DNA of 64,000 nucleotides from Eledone cirrhosa (Eukaryota): NCBI GenBank assembly GCA_964016885.1, contig OZ024746.1, positions 70,370,001 to 70,434,000 of the forward strand, read 5' to 3'. Shown piece by piece: positions 1 to 12,292 of this stretch (position 1 is its first letter; each line of letters starts with the position of its first letter). The notes under the pieces were generated by a model. It saw only the letters and a program-made list of their open reading frames with translations, ran no database searches and was not told where the DNA came from. The position numbers and the translations under genes were made by a program.

Positions 1-644
1 TAACGTACACAAAAGAAAAAAAAACAATTAATGAATAAATGCAAAAACACATAGAGTATATATATGCAAAATGAGATAGATGATCAATATGATTGTCAAT
101 TTGTCCATGTATAGATTGAATTGAGGGGGCTTCTGTTCAAATGCGATTTGGTGCAGGAAAATAGGGGTTTATCTTTGTTTTTGTTTCCGCGTATTTATCC
201 TACCGAAAGGTATTATTATGTCCGTCCAGTATCAGAGGTTTCCATCCCCATGGTAGGGGGGATTTCCGGGTGTAGCTCGTGGCTGGTTCCTCTGTTCTCC
301 ACCATATCGGTTACATCATAGAGCGCTCAACTAATTGGAGCTAAATTCTTAGGGTTAACATTGATGCAATTCAATTCAAGCACTCAACGTACTTATTCCA
401 CATAGGGGTGACGGGGTAAATATAGAATAAGGAAAAGCGAAGTAGTTTCAGATGTTGAAGTCTTTTAATAATAATTATTTCTACTTTAGACTCAAGGCCA
501 GCAATTATCCCAGTGCATTACTGGTACTTTATTTTATCGACCCCGTAAGGATGAAAGGCAAAGTTAACCTCGGCGGGATTTGAACTCAGATCATAAAGGG
601 ACGTAATTATGCTGGAAAACATGGCGTCCGACCCTCTACCGAAT

Positions 645-718
645 GCTGTGATATATGTTTCAATGGCGACAGTGGTCACACTGTTCCGTGCACCAGTGTC
701 GCGACATCGTCAGACAGC
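645..718 (-). ncRNA. Type I hammerhead ribozyme motif
   Basis: Minus strand: GCTGT CTGACGA [stem II] GAAA CATATA TC ACAGC. Confidence 0.75.
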
Positions 719-1167
719 TTTTTACATAATAAGGTTATGTTTCCGAGGCAATCCAAATTGAATCGACCATGATACATAGAATTAAGTATATTTTCTCTTA
801 GAGGTTGATGGTCAACTATACTGTCCATGCTTAATGAGAGGTAGTATTCAGACCTGTGAATACTCACACTCTCCCATCCCCACTGGCTTTCGACTGACAG
901 CCACTGACGGGATAGGTAGCAGGAAGCTATATTACAGGCCCTGAATGGGTCATTGTTTGGCTGAGAGGGGGAACTGACTAAGCGAATTTCGTTGAAATCT
1001 GCGGTAGCTAATGGTCAACTTCCTACGGACCTGCGCCTGCGCAGACCGGTGGGGGTGAATTGGTACTCACAGGGGAATGGACGAAGAACCCAAGAGCACA
1101 CACTTCGTCCGTTCCCATGTCGATTCAATTTGGATTGCCTCGGAAACATAACCTTATTATGTAAAAA

Positions 1168-1241
1168 GCTGTCTGACGATGTCGCGACACTGGCGCCCGG
1201 AACAGTGTGACCACTGTCGCCATTGAAATATATATCACAGC
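1168..1241 (+). ncRNA. Type I hammerhead ribozyme motif
   Basis: GCTGT CTGACGA ...GCGACA...TGTCGC... GAAA TATATA TC ACAGC; stem I GCTGT/ACAGC, palindromic stem III. Confidence 0.8.
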
Positions 1242-1259
1242 ATTATTATTAAAAGACTT

Positions 1260-1450
1260 GGCGGTGAATTGGCAGTATCGGTAGAGGGTTGGACGCCATG
1301 CTTTGCAGCAAAGAGTTACGGCCCTTTATGGTCTGAGTTCAAATCCCGCCGAGGTTAACTTTGCCTTTCATCCTTACGGGGTCGATAAAATAAAGTACCA
1401 GTGGTACACTGGAATAATTGCTGGCCTTGTGCCAAAAGTAGAAACAATTA
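1260..1450 (+). mobile_element. tRNA-derived SINE with probable target-site duplication
   Basis: Box A TGGCAGTATCGG, box B GAGTTCAAATCC, core CCTTTCATCC..GATAAAATAAAGTACCAG; flanked by ATTATTATTAAAAGACTT / ATTATTATAAAAAGACTT. Confidence 0.85.
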
Positions 1451-1656
1451 TTATAAAAAGACTTGAACATCTGAAACTACTTCGCTTTTCCTTATTCTAT
1501 ATATATATATATATATATGTAGATAAATCTACCAAGAGTTTACGGTAGTGTCCAATCCGTATGAAGAACTCAATGTATTCCGGATATCATGGAAAGAAGA
1601 GATGTAATGAAAAATCACTTTCGGTGAAAGATAAACGGAATACAGAGTCAAGATAA

Positions 1657-1687
<31 letters not shown>

Positions 1688-1976
1688 GGCATTTACTCAT
1701 ACATTTAATCTTGTATGTCATTTGTTCATACATACTGAAGATTTACATAATCACATCCTAGAAATAAATTATTTAAATATCATTTTTATCTTTAATTACT
1801 TCCGCTTGTCAGTAATCAACATAAACTAGAGTTTTTCTTATGCAGACCATAAATTTATCAAAATGCAAACATCCCAATTATTCATGTATCCGGTTATCTT
1901 GGCATATGTGGCATACCAAACCATCCAAGTAAATACTGGGGCTTGTTCGGCCGGTTCTTCTTCGCACCGTTCACTG

Positions 1977-2156
1977 ACCTCGGGCGTCTTTGGACCCCAT
2001 GCAAATGAGCTCAAAATCGTAACTTTAGCAGCCCATCTGAGGAAGGACCCCCACGAGGTGGAGTGGATGTTGCAACGGGAGTCGCTGGCCATTGTCCGCA
2101 GAAATGCATTTGCAGTTTTGTTCGCGGGACGCTACCGATACACCATCCCGCCCTAG
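1977..2156 (+). mobile_element. 3' fragment of a CRE-like non-LTR retrotransposon (RLE C-terminus)
   Basis: TSGVFGP...EWMLQRESLAIVRRNAFAVL aligns with TSGVLGP...EWLFQRVSLAVLRGNAFSIL at 45200-45586. Confidence 0.75.
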
Positions 2157-2365
2157 ACATCAAGCCTGCCGCCCTTTCCTCCTCCCCCTCTCTACCCTCC
2201 GTGGCCTAAGAGTCCTTGCTTTTTCCCTCCCTTTCTTCTCATTTATGGTATTTATCGTCAATTCCTCTACTTTCCTATACAGCCAGATATGCCCTTCTTT
2301 ACCCCTTCCAAACTTTTTTTCATTACTTAATTTTGTTTTCATCTTTTTTTCATATTTCCATCATT

Positions 2366-2552
2366 GGTGGATTGGCAGTATCAGTAGAGGGTCGGACGCT
2401 ATGCTTTGCAGCAAAGATTTACGGCCCTTTATGGTCTGAGTTCAAATCCCGCCAAGGTTAACTTTGTCTTTCATCCTTACGGGGTCGATAAAATAAAGTA
2501 CCAGTAATGTACTGAGTAATTGCTGGCCTTGTGCCAAAAGTAGAAACAATTA
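2366..2552 (+). mobile_element. tRNA-derived SINE
   Basis: Near-identical to 1260-1450. Confidence 0.85.
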
Positions 2553-2600
2553 TAACTTTTTTTGTAAAATGTAGTTGACATAATATGTTTATGTACTTTA

Positions 2601-2650
<50 letters not shown>

Positions 2651-2654
<4 letters not shown>

Positions 2655-3102
2655 ATACTTGGGGAGGGTCATATTTGTGTAATATTGCCAGAATTAATAA
2701 CAGAACACACTCACTGTTTGGTTGGTTTTCGTTTTCGCTTCTGTGTCTTTTATATCGGTAATCTAATTTATTCGGTCCTCGATGTTGCCATTGACTGATC
2801 AGGAAACAATAGCACCACTGACGATGTTGCAGATGTGCAACGAAAGAACTTTGATAAACTATATATATGTGTTTGTGTCTATATTGTATCTGTATTATTT
2901 TTGACCGTTGGTCAGTCAATGGCAACATTGAGGACCGAATAAATTAGATTACCGATATAAAAGACACAGAAGCGAAAAGCGAAAACCAACCAAACAGTGA
3001 GTGTGTTCTGTTATTAATTCTGGCAATATTACACAAATATGACCCTCCCCAAGTATAACAATATTTGGTTCGACACACGATTTCATATCAAAATCCTCGC
3101 AA

Positions 3103-3105
<3 letters not shown>
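2651..3105. mobile_element. Small fold-back element: arms 2651-2797 and 2912-3060, between (TA)n tracts
   Basis: ~147-bp inverted repeat; (TA)n at 2601-2650 and 3106-3160; hammerhead motif in spacer. Confidence 0.75.
2814..2855 (+). ncRNA. Minimal hammerhead ribozyme motif (imperfect stems I and III)
   Basis: ACCA CTGACGA T GTTGCA gatg TGCAAC GAAA GAAC TT TGAT. Confidence 0.6.
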
Positions 3106-3160
<55 letters not shown>

Positions 3161-3164
<4 letters not shown>

Positions 3165-3615
3165 GAAAAGGATGAAATCGAAAATGCAACTGGAGTCTTT
3201 TTAAGAATATCTATTTGGTTCCTTTACCGGTTTCGCAGTTCTTCTGGTAGAATTGAGGTAGAATTGAGATGGAGGGTTTGTGGTTTTTCTCGCGAGAAAA
3301 ACCACAAACTCTCCATCTCAAAAAGACTCCAGTTGCATTTTCGATTTCATCCATTTTCCTTATACTTTCACTCGTGTAGGACATCTATTTTTTTTCATTT
3401 TGGAAAAACAAACTCACTTTCTAAGGAAAATGTTTAACCTCGACGGCAGAGCTCAAGCCGTTACGACGGCTATTTCTAGTCCAGAAATAGCCGTCGAAAC
3501 GGCTTGAGCTCTGCCGTCGGGGTTAAACATTTTCCTATTACCCACTCTACTACCCTAAGTATTGAGTACTCTAGTGCGTTATGGTCCATCTGGTTCCTTA
3601 CCACACCTCCTTCGT

Positions 3616-3646
<31 letters not shown>

Positions 3647-3915
3647 TTACATGAATATATATTAGGCTTCTACATAAACTGGAAAAATTCTCCCAATTTG
3701 TAGAAAACTTATAATGAAACAATTGTTTGGAAAGAGATATATTTTAACTTTAATTATATCTCATAAAATAATACAACTGGCTTTTCCACATAATACATAT
3801 TGTTAGCACCCCAAACACTTAAATTGGGTTTATATTAAAATATAACCTAATGTTTGTTGAGTGAGATGGTTACCAGTCAGAGTTTAGCTTTAAACTATCT
3901 CTGTTATTGTATTAA

Positions 3916-3950
<35 letters not shown>

Positions 3951-4164
3951 ATATAACGAAGTAAATGTGGTAAGGAACCAGGTGGACCATAACGCACCAA
4001 AGTACTCAATACTTAGGGTAGTAGAGTGGGTAATAGGAACGAGTAGGACCCCGACGGCTGAGCTCAAGCCGTTTCGACGGCTAATTCTGGACTAGACTAA
4101 GTTATTCTAGTCCAGAATTAGCCGTCGAAACGGCTTGAGCTCAGCCGTCGGGGTCCTACTCGTT

Positions 4165-4167
<3 letters not shown>
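3161..4167. repeat. Cluster of nested palindromes and inverted repeats between (TA)n tracts (PLE pseudo-LTR remnants)
   Basis: Palindrome centred on TCGCGA ~3290-3295; hairpin ~3423-3537; 3542-3617 inverted at ~3955-4037; hairpin 4035-4167; GAAACGGCTT half-hammerhead lacking the CUGA half. Confidence 0.7.
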
Positions 4168-4206
<39 letters not shown>

Positions 4207-4208
<2 letters not shown>

Positions 4209-7200
4209 AGTTGGATGTGTGAATGCACGCGGCCTGGGGATGTCCTGGAAACAGGGCAAACTCTTAAATGACCACAGGTCGCACAGAGTGGATGTAATGG
4301 TTATTTGCGAGTCCAGGATCAGCAGCGAGCGCCAACTGGCCCCCATCTTCGACGACTTTCAGATCTACGCATCTCTCTGTCAGCTGAGGGGTGGGGTGGG
4401 GTTGTCGTTCTGCTGCGAAAATACCTGGGTCTTGCCACACAGAAGGTACACCTGGACCCGGAGGGTCGACTGGTGGTTTTAGACGTCGGCAGTGGTGAAG
4501 GTGGAGCTTTCAGGCTGCTGGCAGCGTATGCCCCATCTGGGACACCGCGACCCGACTTCTTCCGACGCCTGGAGAATTTCCTGGGAACGTCTCGCTCCTT
4601 GCTTTTAGTGGGGGACTGGAATGGTATCCTGGATGCACGTTGGGACTATGTAGAGCATGTCTCGATAGAGGGGGGTGTAACAGCCTCAAACGGTTAATCG
4701 GCCGATTTGATCTGGCCGATAGATATCGACTAGATTTTCCGACTGTGCCACTGTGGACGTGGAGTAATCGTAGCGGAACATCTAGGTCGTACCAAGATAG
4801 GTTCCTAGCTATAAATAAGGATAGGGACATATTAAGCTGTCCACGAATGTTCATGGTTGACTATTCGTCGGATCACAAGTTGGTGACCGGAGTGGTCAAC
4901 CTTGATAGAACTCATAGACAGAGACCCGGTTACTGGAAGCTAAACTTGTCTTTACCGACAAACAAAGCTTACAGTAAGCGGATTAGCACACTAGTTAAGC
5001 AGCGTTTGACGGGGGCATTTGTCAACAGCAGGTGGTGGGGCTCTCTCAAGAGAGAAATTAGAATAGAATCGATAGGTTTTAGTCGGGAATTAGCATCAGA
5101 TAGGAATAGAACTGAAAGGGAATTAATAAATAGAGTAGAAGAGGCGATTAGGAGTGGCAACGTGGCCGGCGTGCTGGCGTCAAGAACGGCCCTAGACCAG
5201 TTCTTTGATGCGAAGCACGAGGGCTGCGTTGTCAGGAGTAAAATACGTGCTCTGGGTAACGAGGGAGCCAAAGCTGTTAGCTGGGCCCGAGTGACAGAGG
5301 CAAAAAGTGGAAACAAGTCCACGATTCGGTCTTTGAAGGACCAGGTTGGACGCGTGATCCTTGAACCTGAGCGGATGAGCGCGGCCTTTCAACGGCGCTT
5401 TGCATGACTGTTCGGGGGGCGCCAGGTCGGGTGGGGCCATGGGTTTCGCTCCATACCTCGACGGTCTGGCGCGGCTCTCGGACTGGGAGGCGAAATCCTG
5501 CGAGAGTCCGATTTCAGCCGCTGAAATAGGGGAAGCGCTGAGCCAATGCGGCAAACGCAAATCTCCGGGTCTCGATGCTCTACCATACGATCTTTATGTA
5601 GCGATGCCGGGCTTGTTCTCCAGTCTCCTCGAGGCTGTCTACTGCAACTGGCAACAGAACAGGAGAATTCCCAGTTCTGTGACCAAGGGCGTAGTCACGC
5701 TGGTGAGGAAGGACGAGAACAAGGGGAATGACATAGATAACTTCAGGCCCATAATTCTGCTAAACACAGAGTTAAAGATTTTGGCCAAGGTGTTAGCGAA
5801 GAGGTTGGCGCTTGTCGTCGGGAACCTGGTGGGAGAAGCGCAGACATGCGCAATCCCGTCCAGGTCCATACACGACAACCTCCACCTCATACGATACATC
5901 GTAGAGAGGGTAGGGAACGAACCCGGCTTTGGTGGGGCCCTGATCAACTTGGATCAATCTAAGGCGTTCGATAGGGTTGACCATCGGTACCTGGATGCGG
6001 TGCTCGCGTCGGCAGGCTTCGGACCCGTTTTCAGGGGCTGGATTGCTGCAATGCACAGCAGCAACACCTGCTCGAGGGTCAAGGTGAACGGCTACCTCTC
6101 GGAGCCGTTCCAAATCACGTGATCCATCCGACAGGGATGCCCTCTCTCCTCCCTCGTGTATGTGCTGGCTCTCGAGCCACTACTGCGGAAGCTGGAGCTG
6201 TTGCAGGGCATCCCCTTGGAACCGGGATTGCCGAAAGCGGTGTCGGCCTACGCCGATGACGTGACAGTAATGGTGTCGTGCGCCTCGGAAATCGGGCAGA
6301 TCGGCACGTTACTGGAGGAATATGAAAGGTTCACAGGAGCCAAGCTGAACCGGGACAAGTCCGTCGGTTTGCAACTCGAGACGTGGAGGGGCAAAACGAT
6401 GCCCTTCGACGGCATCGTCGGACGCTGGACGGAGGGACCGGTGAAGCTGCTCGGGGTCTAGTTCGGACCGGACCTCCAGGTGGAGAAAAACTGGCACGAG
6501 GTAACGGGCAAGGTGTTTGCACTCGCCCAGAAGTGGGCCGAGTGCAAACTATCCCTGAAAGGTCGAGCGGAGGTGGCGAACGCTTATATAGCGTCCGTCA
6601 TCTACTACCGCTTGACCGTCGTGCCTTGCCCAGAAAAACACTCGCCAAAATGGAGCGCGCGCTCTTCCGATTTCTTTGGCAGAAGCGGGCCCCTTTGGTG
6701 AGAAGATCCATCTGCTGTCAACACCCTTCGAACGGAGGGCTGGGGGATGCCGTGGCTGACGATGCGTAGACACGCATTAAGGCTACGGCACCTCCAGGTA
6801 TTCCTCACAGGTCAGCCGGTGTCGGCCCTGTTTGTGAGGCGAGCCTTTCCGAGACTCGTCTCACTCACCGAGCTGAAATCCTGGGTCAAGCAAAGACCGA
6901 GAAAAGTGGGCGACTGGCACATTGAATGTGCCCAGGTGATCACGGCCCTCTGGCAAGCGGATCCGGCAATCAGTGGAGACTCAACCTCAACATTCTATAG
7001 AGGGTTGGTGCGCAGTAAGTGCGACGACGCTCTCAGAGAGGCTCTGGGCATGGAGGAAGACGAGCTGGCCAGTCTGTTCGGTAGGACGTTTGGCCCGGGA
7101 CCGATGGACAACTTCCAAATGTCCCTGGCTTGGCAATCTTACCGAGGAGCTCTACCCGTTCGGGACAAGCTCTACAGACACGGGCGCCCGGGTAGGGACC

Positions 7201-7870
7201 CCTCGAAGAAAATCTGGCTGAGATGCGTGCATGACGAGGAAACCGTCGCACACACATTCGTACACTGCCCGGGCGTTGCTGACCTGTGGGGCTATGTGGA
7301 ACGACTACTGTCGCGGGTGGGACCAATCCGGTTGACCACCGAGAACATTGTCACGATCAAACCGCCTCCCCCTATCAAAAACGAAGGAGAGGCGGTTTTC
7401 CTCTGTGTGATAGCCATGGCGAAAGAAGTTGTATGGTGGGCAAGGTTAAAAGGGCTGAGGTCAGACACCTTTCTCTCCGGCCAACAACTGGTCTTTTTTT
7501 TCAAGTACCACTTTAGAAGAAGGATCAGAATGGAGAGAGAGGTGCTGTACCCCAGCAAGTTTTATGAAAGGTGGGTGAAAGTAGCGAGAATGGCCCGAGT
7601 GAATGGGCCTTCTCTCTATATCAGCCTGTAGGTGAGAGAGGAGAAGAATGAGAAGAGCAAGGAAGCACCCGCTCTTTGTGCTCCTGAAGAGGGGGGTTGC
7701 ACATTTTTTCGGGGGTGTGTGCGACCCATGTCAACGCCCCTCCCTATTGAGGACATCGATTGTTAAATTTAATTTGTTATATGTTTCTTACACGTCTTTT
7801 TAAATGTATGTAAACTCCCCCCTTTGTATTTGTCCCATTCTTTGATGCCCTGGTGGCAAATAAATAGAAA
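4207..7870 (+). mobile_element. Tx1/L1-clade LINE, ORF2 (APE endonuclease + RT + zinc knuckle), disrupted by frameshifts and stops
   Basis: GCVNARGL, LLVGDWN, SDHK, KSPGLD, FRPIILLN, LDQSKAFDRVDH, QGCPLS, YADD, ETVAHTFVHC; AATAAA at ~7859; starts directly after (TA)n. Confidence 0.92.
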
Positions 7871-8094
7871 TATATATCAATAAACATCAATCTCTCCCCG
7901 CTAAATATCTAATATATAACACACTCTCCCAACCCCCCTCACTATATCAATTACCACTAAGCTATCGCCCCCCTCTCTATAACTACCATACAACACACTC
8001 TCTCATTCCCTCTCACTCTTACCATCACTACCAAACTCTCCCCTCTCTGTATCTATCAATGCCTACCTCTCTCTATCCACTCACTCTATAAGTT

Positions 8095-8310
8095 AATTTT
8101 GCAGAAATGGTAGAGTGTTGAACAACATGCTTAGCGGCATAGTGTTACAGCCCATTACGTTCTGAGTTCAAACACCGCCGGGGTTAGCTTTTCCTTTCAT
8201 CCTTGCGGGGGTCGATAAAATAAAGTACCAGTAATGCACTGGGGTCAATTTAATCGACTTTTCCTTTCCCCCAAAATCGTTGGCCTCGTTCCTAAATCAG
8301 AAAAGATTAT
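8095..8310 (+). mobile_element. tRNA-derived SINE (diverged)
   Basis: GAGTTCAAACACC box B and GATAAAATAAAGTACCAG core. Confidence 0.7.
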
Positions 8311-8499
8311 ATAATTAAGTCCTTAAAACTGTGATTTTTTTAAACTCCACTGATGTGCCACTCTAAGGTCTGCACTCTTGGCGACTGCTATGCCGAAATT
8401 AATGGTAGCGTTGTCACTAATTACAGAAGTAAATAAAGGAATTGGCCATATATTCATTTTACTACTTACTAAAACAGATGGTTTTTTAATCATTTTTTT

Positions 8500-8990
8500 T
8501 TTTTATTATTGTAAGAGTGATGCTTGGTTCAATTTTTCGTCCAATATCTTATCGCTTCACCAACATTTATAATTTATTCAATGACATGACCAACATCTTT
8601 GGTTATACTTTCGATTTCGGCAGGTTATATGGCCGTTTCACTATCATCTGTGTTTCTACTTTACTGTACAGGGTTTTTCTACCGCTACTACAATGGCTTC
8701 TGCTCCTCAGACTGACTGATCTAATGCTACATCCTACCAATATTTCTACCTCACTCGTATCTTTTCCTCTCATCATCCAGAGTGTTTTGCAGCCCGATAG
8801 GTCCCAAATTAACCATTACGCCAAATCCTTCCTCCCCAGAATGTCTTATCTTCTGAATTCTCTCCCAACACCTACACATGTCTTTCCTGTAGTTAATTTG
8901 CAACAATTTAAATTAAACATCAATAGCATCATTCTTATCGGTCTGCAAAAAGTATGGACTCGGTGGCTTCCTTCAGTCCTAGCAATAAAA
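8500..8990 (+). mobile_element. Decayed 3' end of a CR1/Jockey-group LINE
   Basis: FYRYYNGFCS in one frame; SFLPRMSYLLNSLP...VFP.VNLQQFKLNIN in the listed ORF. Confidence 0.55.
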
Positions 8991-10821
8991 GAAAATCTAA
9001 TGTTATAGGTTCTAAACATGTCATCATAGTTTTCTATAACGGCATGTCAGTTTTCTAAACATGTAGAGTTTTCTAAACAAACCGTAATAACATTTCTGTT
9101 ATATGCACCAACCCTAGACAGTGAAGGATCAGTTCCCTGTAACCTCCAGACAGCTGATATTAGGATATCCTTCACTGGGCGACTGGGATTCAAACATAAG
9201 AAATGGTGACACGAGCAATAGACGAATCCTTGGTTAATTTTGCATTCGATGATCACTGAACCAACGGGGAACGCTTAGTAAACTTTACTATATTGAACCA
9301 GTCAGTGAAAGAGAACATCCGGGTCACGTCCACCCTTCAAAAAAAAACCCCAAAAAAAACCCTGTCCACATGACATTAAATTAACTGCTACATGGCCAAT
9401 CATATCGATTATTTCTTTGTCTGATCAAGCTAGGTTAGCTGTTTACTTGCCTGTCTATCTTATTGTGGTGTTGAAAAGAACATCGAAAATGGCGCTGATT
9501 ATACTTAGGGACTGGCGAAACTTCTCATACGTATAAATGTCATCAAACCATATGATATGTCTTCTTAATTAAAACTGCATAAATGATTCGATGACATAGA
9601 CACGTTAGAACAAACTGAACCCATGACCGAATATGAGCGGCACGACCTCAAACACCACCCACAAGAGATAGTGGCTCAAGAATTAGGATTTACCAAGAGT
9701 AATCAAAAAGATTCAATAGACTTGGACTATACAATAGAACTCACGAAACATCCAATGGTGCCCAAAACAGTAGCCCCACTAATTATTGGTTTCTTAGAAG
9801 ACAGACATCCCATTCTATCACTATAAACATGGAGCGTGAAGCATTTGTCTGGGATTTGCGAAAGTTGTAACTTCTAAAATCGACCAGATAGAGCTGCCCA
9901 CCCACAAATGAAACACTCCTTAATGCACATGATGCACAAGGTGCAAATACCTTGAACCTAGATGAAGTTCTCAACCGATAGTGTGATTATTTTGCAACTC
10001 TGATCAATCATGCTCCGTCTATGAACCAGCCAAACCGATCGCAGATCCACAGATACCACAGATTCTCTGCAGACATTACTCTATGCGCATAAAACTCGGG
10101 CTCACTAACTATTGAGGAGGTGTGTGAAGCTATTCAGAAACATTTCTAATATATTTGTTCCCCAGCTACATTATGTAATCCCAAGCAACTGAGATGCGGT
10201 ATCTCCACACAACAGGAGTGGTGCAGTTATTCTTCGTGGTGTTTTGGGAGCAACTACATCAGTTTGATAGATATTGCGAAAAGTCATTATTTAATAATTC
10301 GGGCAATGACCCTCTCTTCTTTTATTCCTCTTTAAAAGATCATGTATCAAAATTATAAGTCCCCACTAGGTCATGCCTAACCATGAGATCGAACCTGGGT
10401 AACGTGTTTAGTGGGAAACCAGCAGCCTTCTTGCAAGCAAGTCTTCTCTCTCCAAGCTGTTCATTTTATCCAAGACAAAGACAAATGTGAAATCAGAAAT
10501 CAAAGAGCCGAAAGAGATATCACATGTCTGATGCTCTAACAATTCCGCAAATGGACCGCCCCCGAAAGAATGAAAAGCAAATTTGATCTCGACGGGATTT
10601 GAATTCATACTGCAGAGAGACGGAAGAAAAATTGTGAAGTATTTTAATCCGAAATTCAACCGATTTTATCTATTCGTTACCCCCACTGTAATTCTAAAGT
10701 GTAGTCTTAGATATCATCCATCTAAGTAGGTAAAGACTGATTTAAAGGGAATTTGGCTGCTATTTTTATACGGTCAACAACTATGTCGAAGCCACCATGG
10801 TTGTATTTTTTATCTGGGTAT

Positions 10822-10965
10822 AATGACGATGATGATGATGACAACATTGATCACGATGACGACAATCACAATCACAACAACCACGATGATGACGATGATG
10901 ATGATGATGATGATGATGATGGTGGTGATGGTGATAGTGATGGTGATGGTGGTGGTGGTGACGAT
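10822..10965. repeat. (GAT)/(GAC)/(GGT) trinucleotide repeat
   Basis: Direct inspection. Confidence 0.9.
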
Positions 10966-11382
10966 GTCTTAAATCTGTATAAGGCCCAGAGGTTCATTAG
11001 ATCGGTTCTTATCCCGGTTTCCTTTATGTTAAGCGACTGTGAGTAACAGACTCTTCCCTGAACAAGGCGTCAGTCGATTACAAGTTGAAACCCCTCAGCC
11101 TCTGCTAGTACTTATAATCAGCCGAGTATACTGGAGCAACGTGAAATGAAGTGTTTTGCTCAAGAACACAACACACAACCCAATCCAGGAAACGAACCCA
11201 TGACATTAGGATCGTAAGGCCATGCACCTCACGGTGGACTTGATAAAATAACAATTAACAATTGCTTTTTTTTGTAAAAAGAGGAATTGAATATATATAT
11301 TTTTTAAAGTTTTATTCGGTATATACATTGATACATCGTTAATACTGATACAACTCACAATGAAACAGTAGGTTTTAAGGTT

Positions 11383-11571
11383 TTAAGATCCAAACATTTT
11401 TTGAGCTTCAGCTTTAGCTTTATTTTTCACTGACTCTTTCATTTTATTCAAAATGGTTTCATTTGGTCTGAAGATCTTTGATTCAAATTGTCCTCTGATT
11501 CCGCTTGTATCCTTCTGTAAAAACAATATTCTAGTGTTTCCCTTGAAGGCAAGAATCCTGATACGAAAGAG
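11383..11571 (-). CDS. Host gene, terminal exon: LFRIRILAFKGNTRILFLQKDTSGIRGQFESKIFRPNETILNKMKESVKNKAKAEAQKMFGS*
   Basis: Acceptor acattttag; 189 nt, phase 0; TAA at 11385-11383; minus-strand AATAAA at 11311-11316. Not in the ORF track. Confidence 0.88.
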   Translation of the reverse strand, partial: LFRIRILAFKGNTRILFLQKDTSGIRGQFESKIFRPNETILNKMKESVKNKAKAEAQKMFGS

Positions 11572-11884
11572 CTAAAATGTAAGAAAATAGAAAACAAATA
11601 AAATATAACCGTGATTTAAGGAATGGTTCTCTCGAGTTGCGGTATAAAAACACATATCCTGTAATGACTAGGCGAGGAAATAAAGCTATATATTTTAGGG
11701 GAAAGGAAATGGGAAACTTTTCGTATTCATACATCCCTCCCCTCTGTTATTTTCGCAGCGCAGAAATGAAACGGCTTCAATGAAAGTGGAAACTTGCTTG
11801 CGCGGTGAAGTCTACATAGTCGAATGGTTAAAAAATTTGCTTCGCAGTCATAAGGTCCTGTGTTCGATCCAACTGCTTGGCATA

Positions 11885-12292
11885 TTGGGCAAATGTCAAT
11901 CCAGACATTGTAGAGGAAACATGGACGCTTTCATCCAAACAACAAAGTACCTTGATGGCACTTACACTCGCCTGCTTCAGAGCATTCAGAACACAACTGA
12001 CTTTGATAGAGATATATGCCAGCCTCCCACGCATATCTGTTGTTTTACGTAAAAGGAGAGTAAAATTTTCTGGCCACTGCCATCGTGCCACCTATGAGGC
12101 TATGTCCCCATTAGTGCTTTGGAAACCACAAGCAGTCACTAATAACAGGGGGCGCAAGCTCTCCTATCCCGATGTCATCTCCAGAGATCCTGGTATTGAA
12201 ATCCAGGACTTAGCAACGGCAATAAACGACAGACCCACGTGGAGATCAATTGTTGAGTCCATTTCGGCTGAGGCTACCGGATGATGATGATA
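11885..12292 (+). mobile_element. 3' end of an RTE-clade LINE with (GAT)n tail
   Basis: RRVKFSGHCHR...LVLWKP...RGR motif; ends ATGATGATGA. Confidence 0.75.

Larger units (their letters stand above)
420..1500. mobile_element. ORF-less PLE-type fold-back element: inverted arms ~420-767 and ~1119-1500, each with a hammerhead motif and a SINE
   Basis: Arms are reverse complements (the ORF track shows RFNLDCLGNITLLCKKLSDDVATL on both strands); right end abuts (TA)n at ~1499. Confidence 0.75.

Noticed and set aside
1260-1350. tRNA gene
   Set aside because: A/B boxes belong to a multi-copy SINE head; no cloverleaf
1838-2092. Minus-strand 84-aa ORF as a terminal exon
   Set aside because: Overlaps an antisense CRE fragment; the host gene already ends at 11383
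10753-11046. Asp-rich ORF
   Set aside because: Trinucleotide microsatellite between repeats, with no splice or homology support
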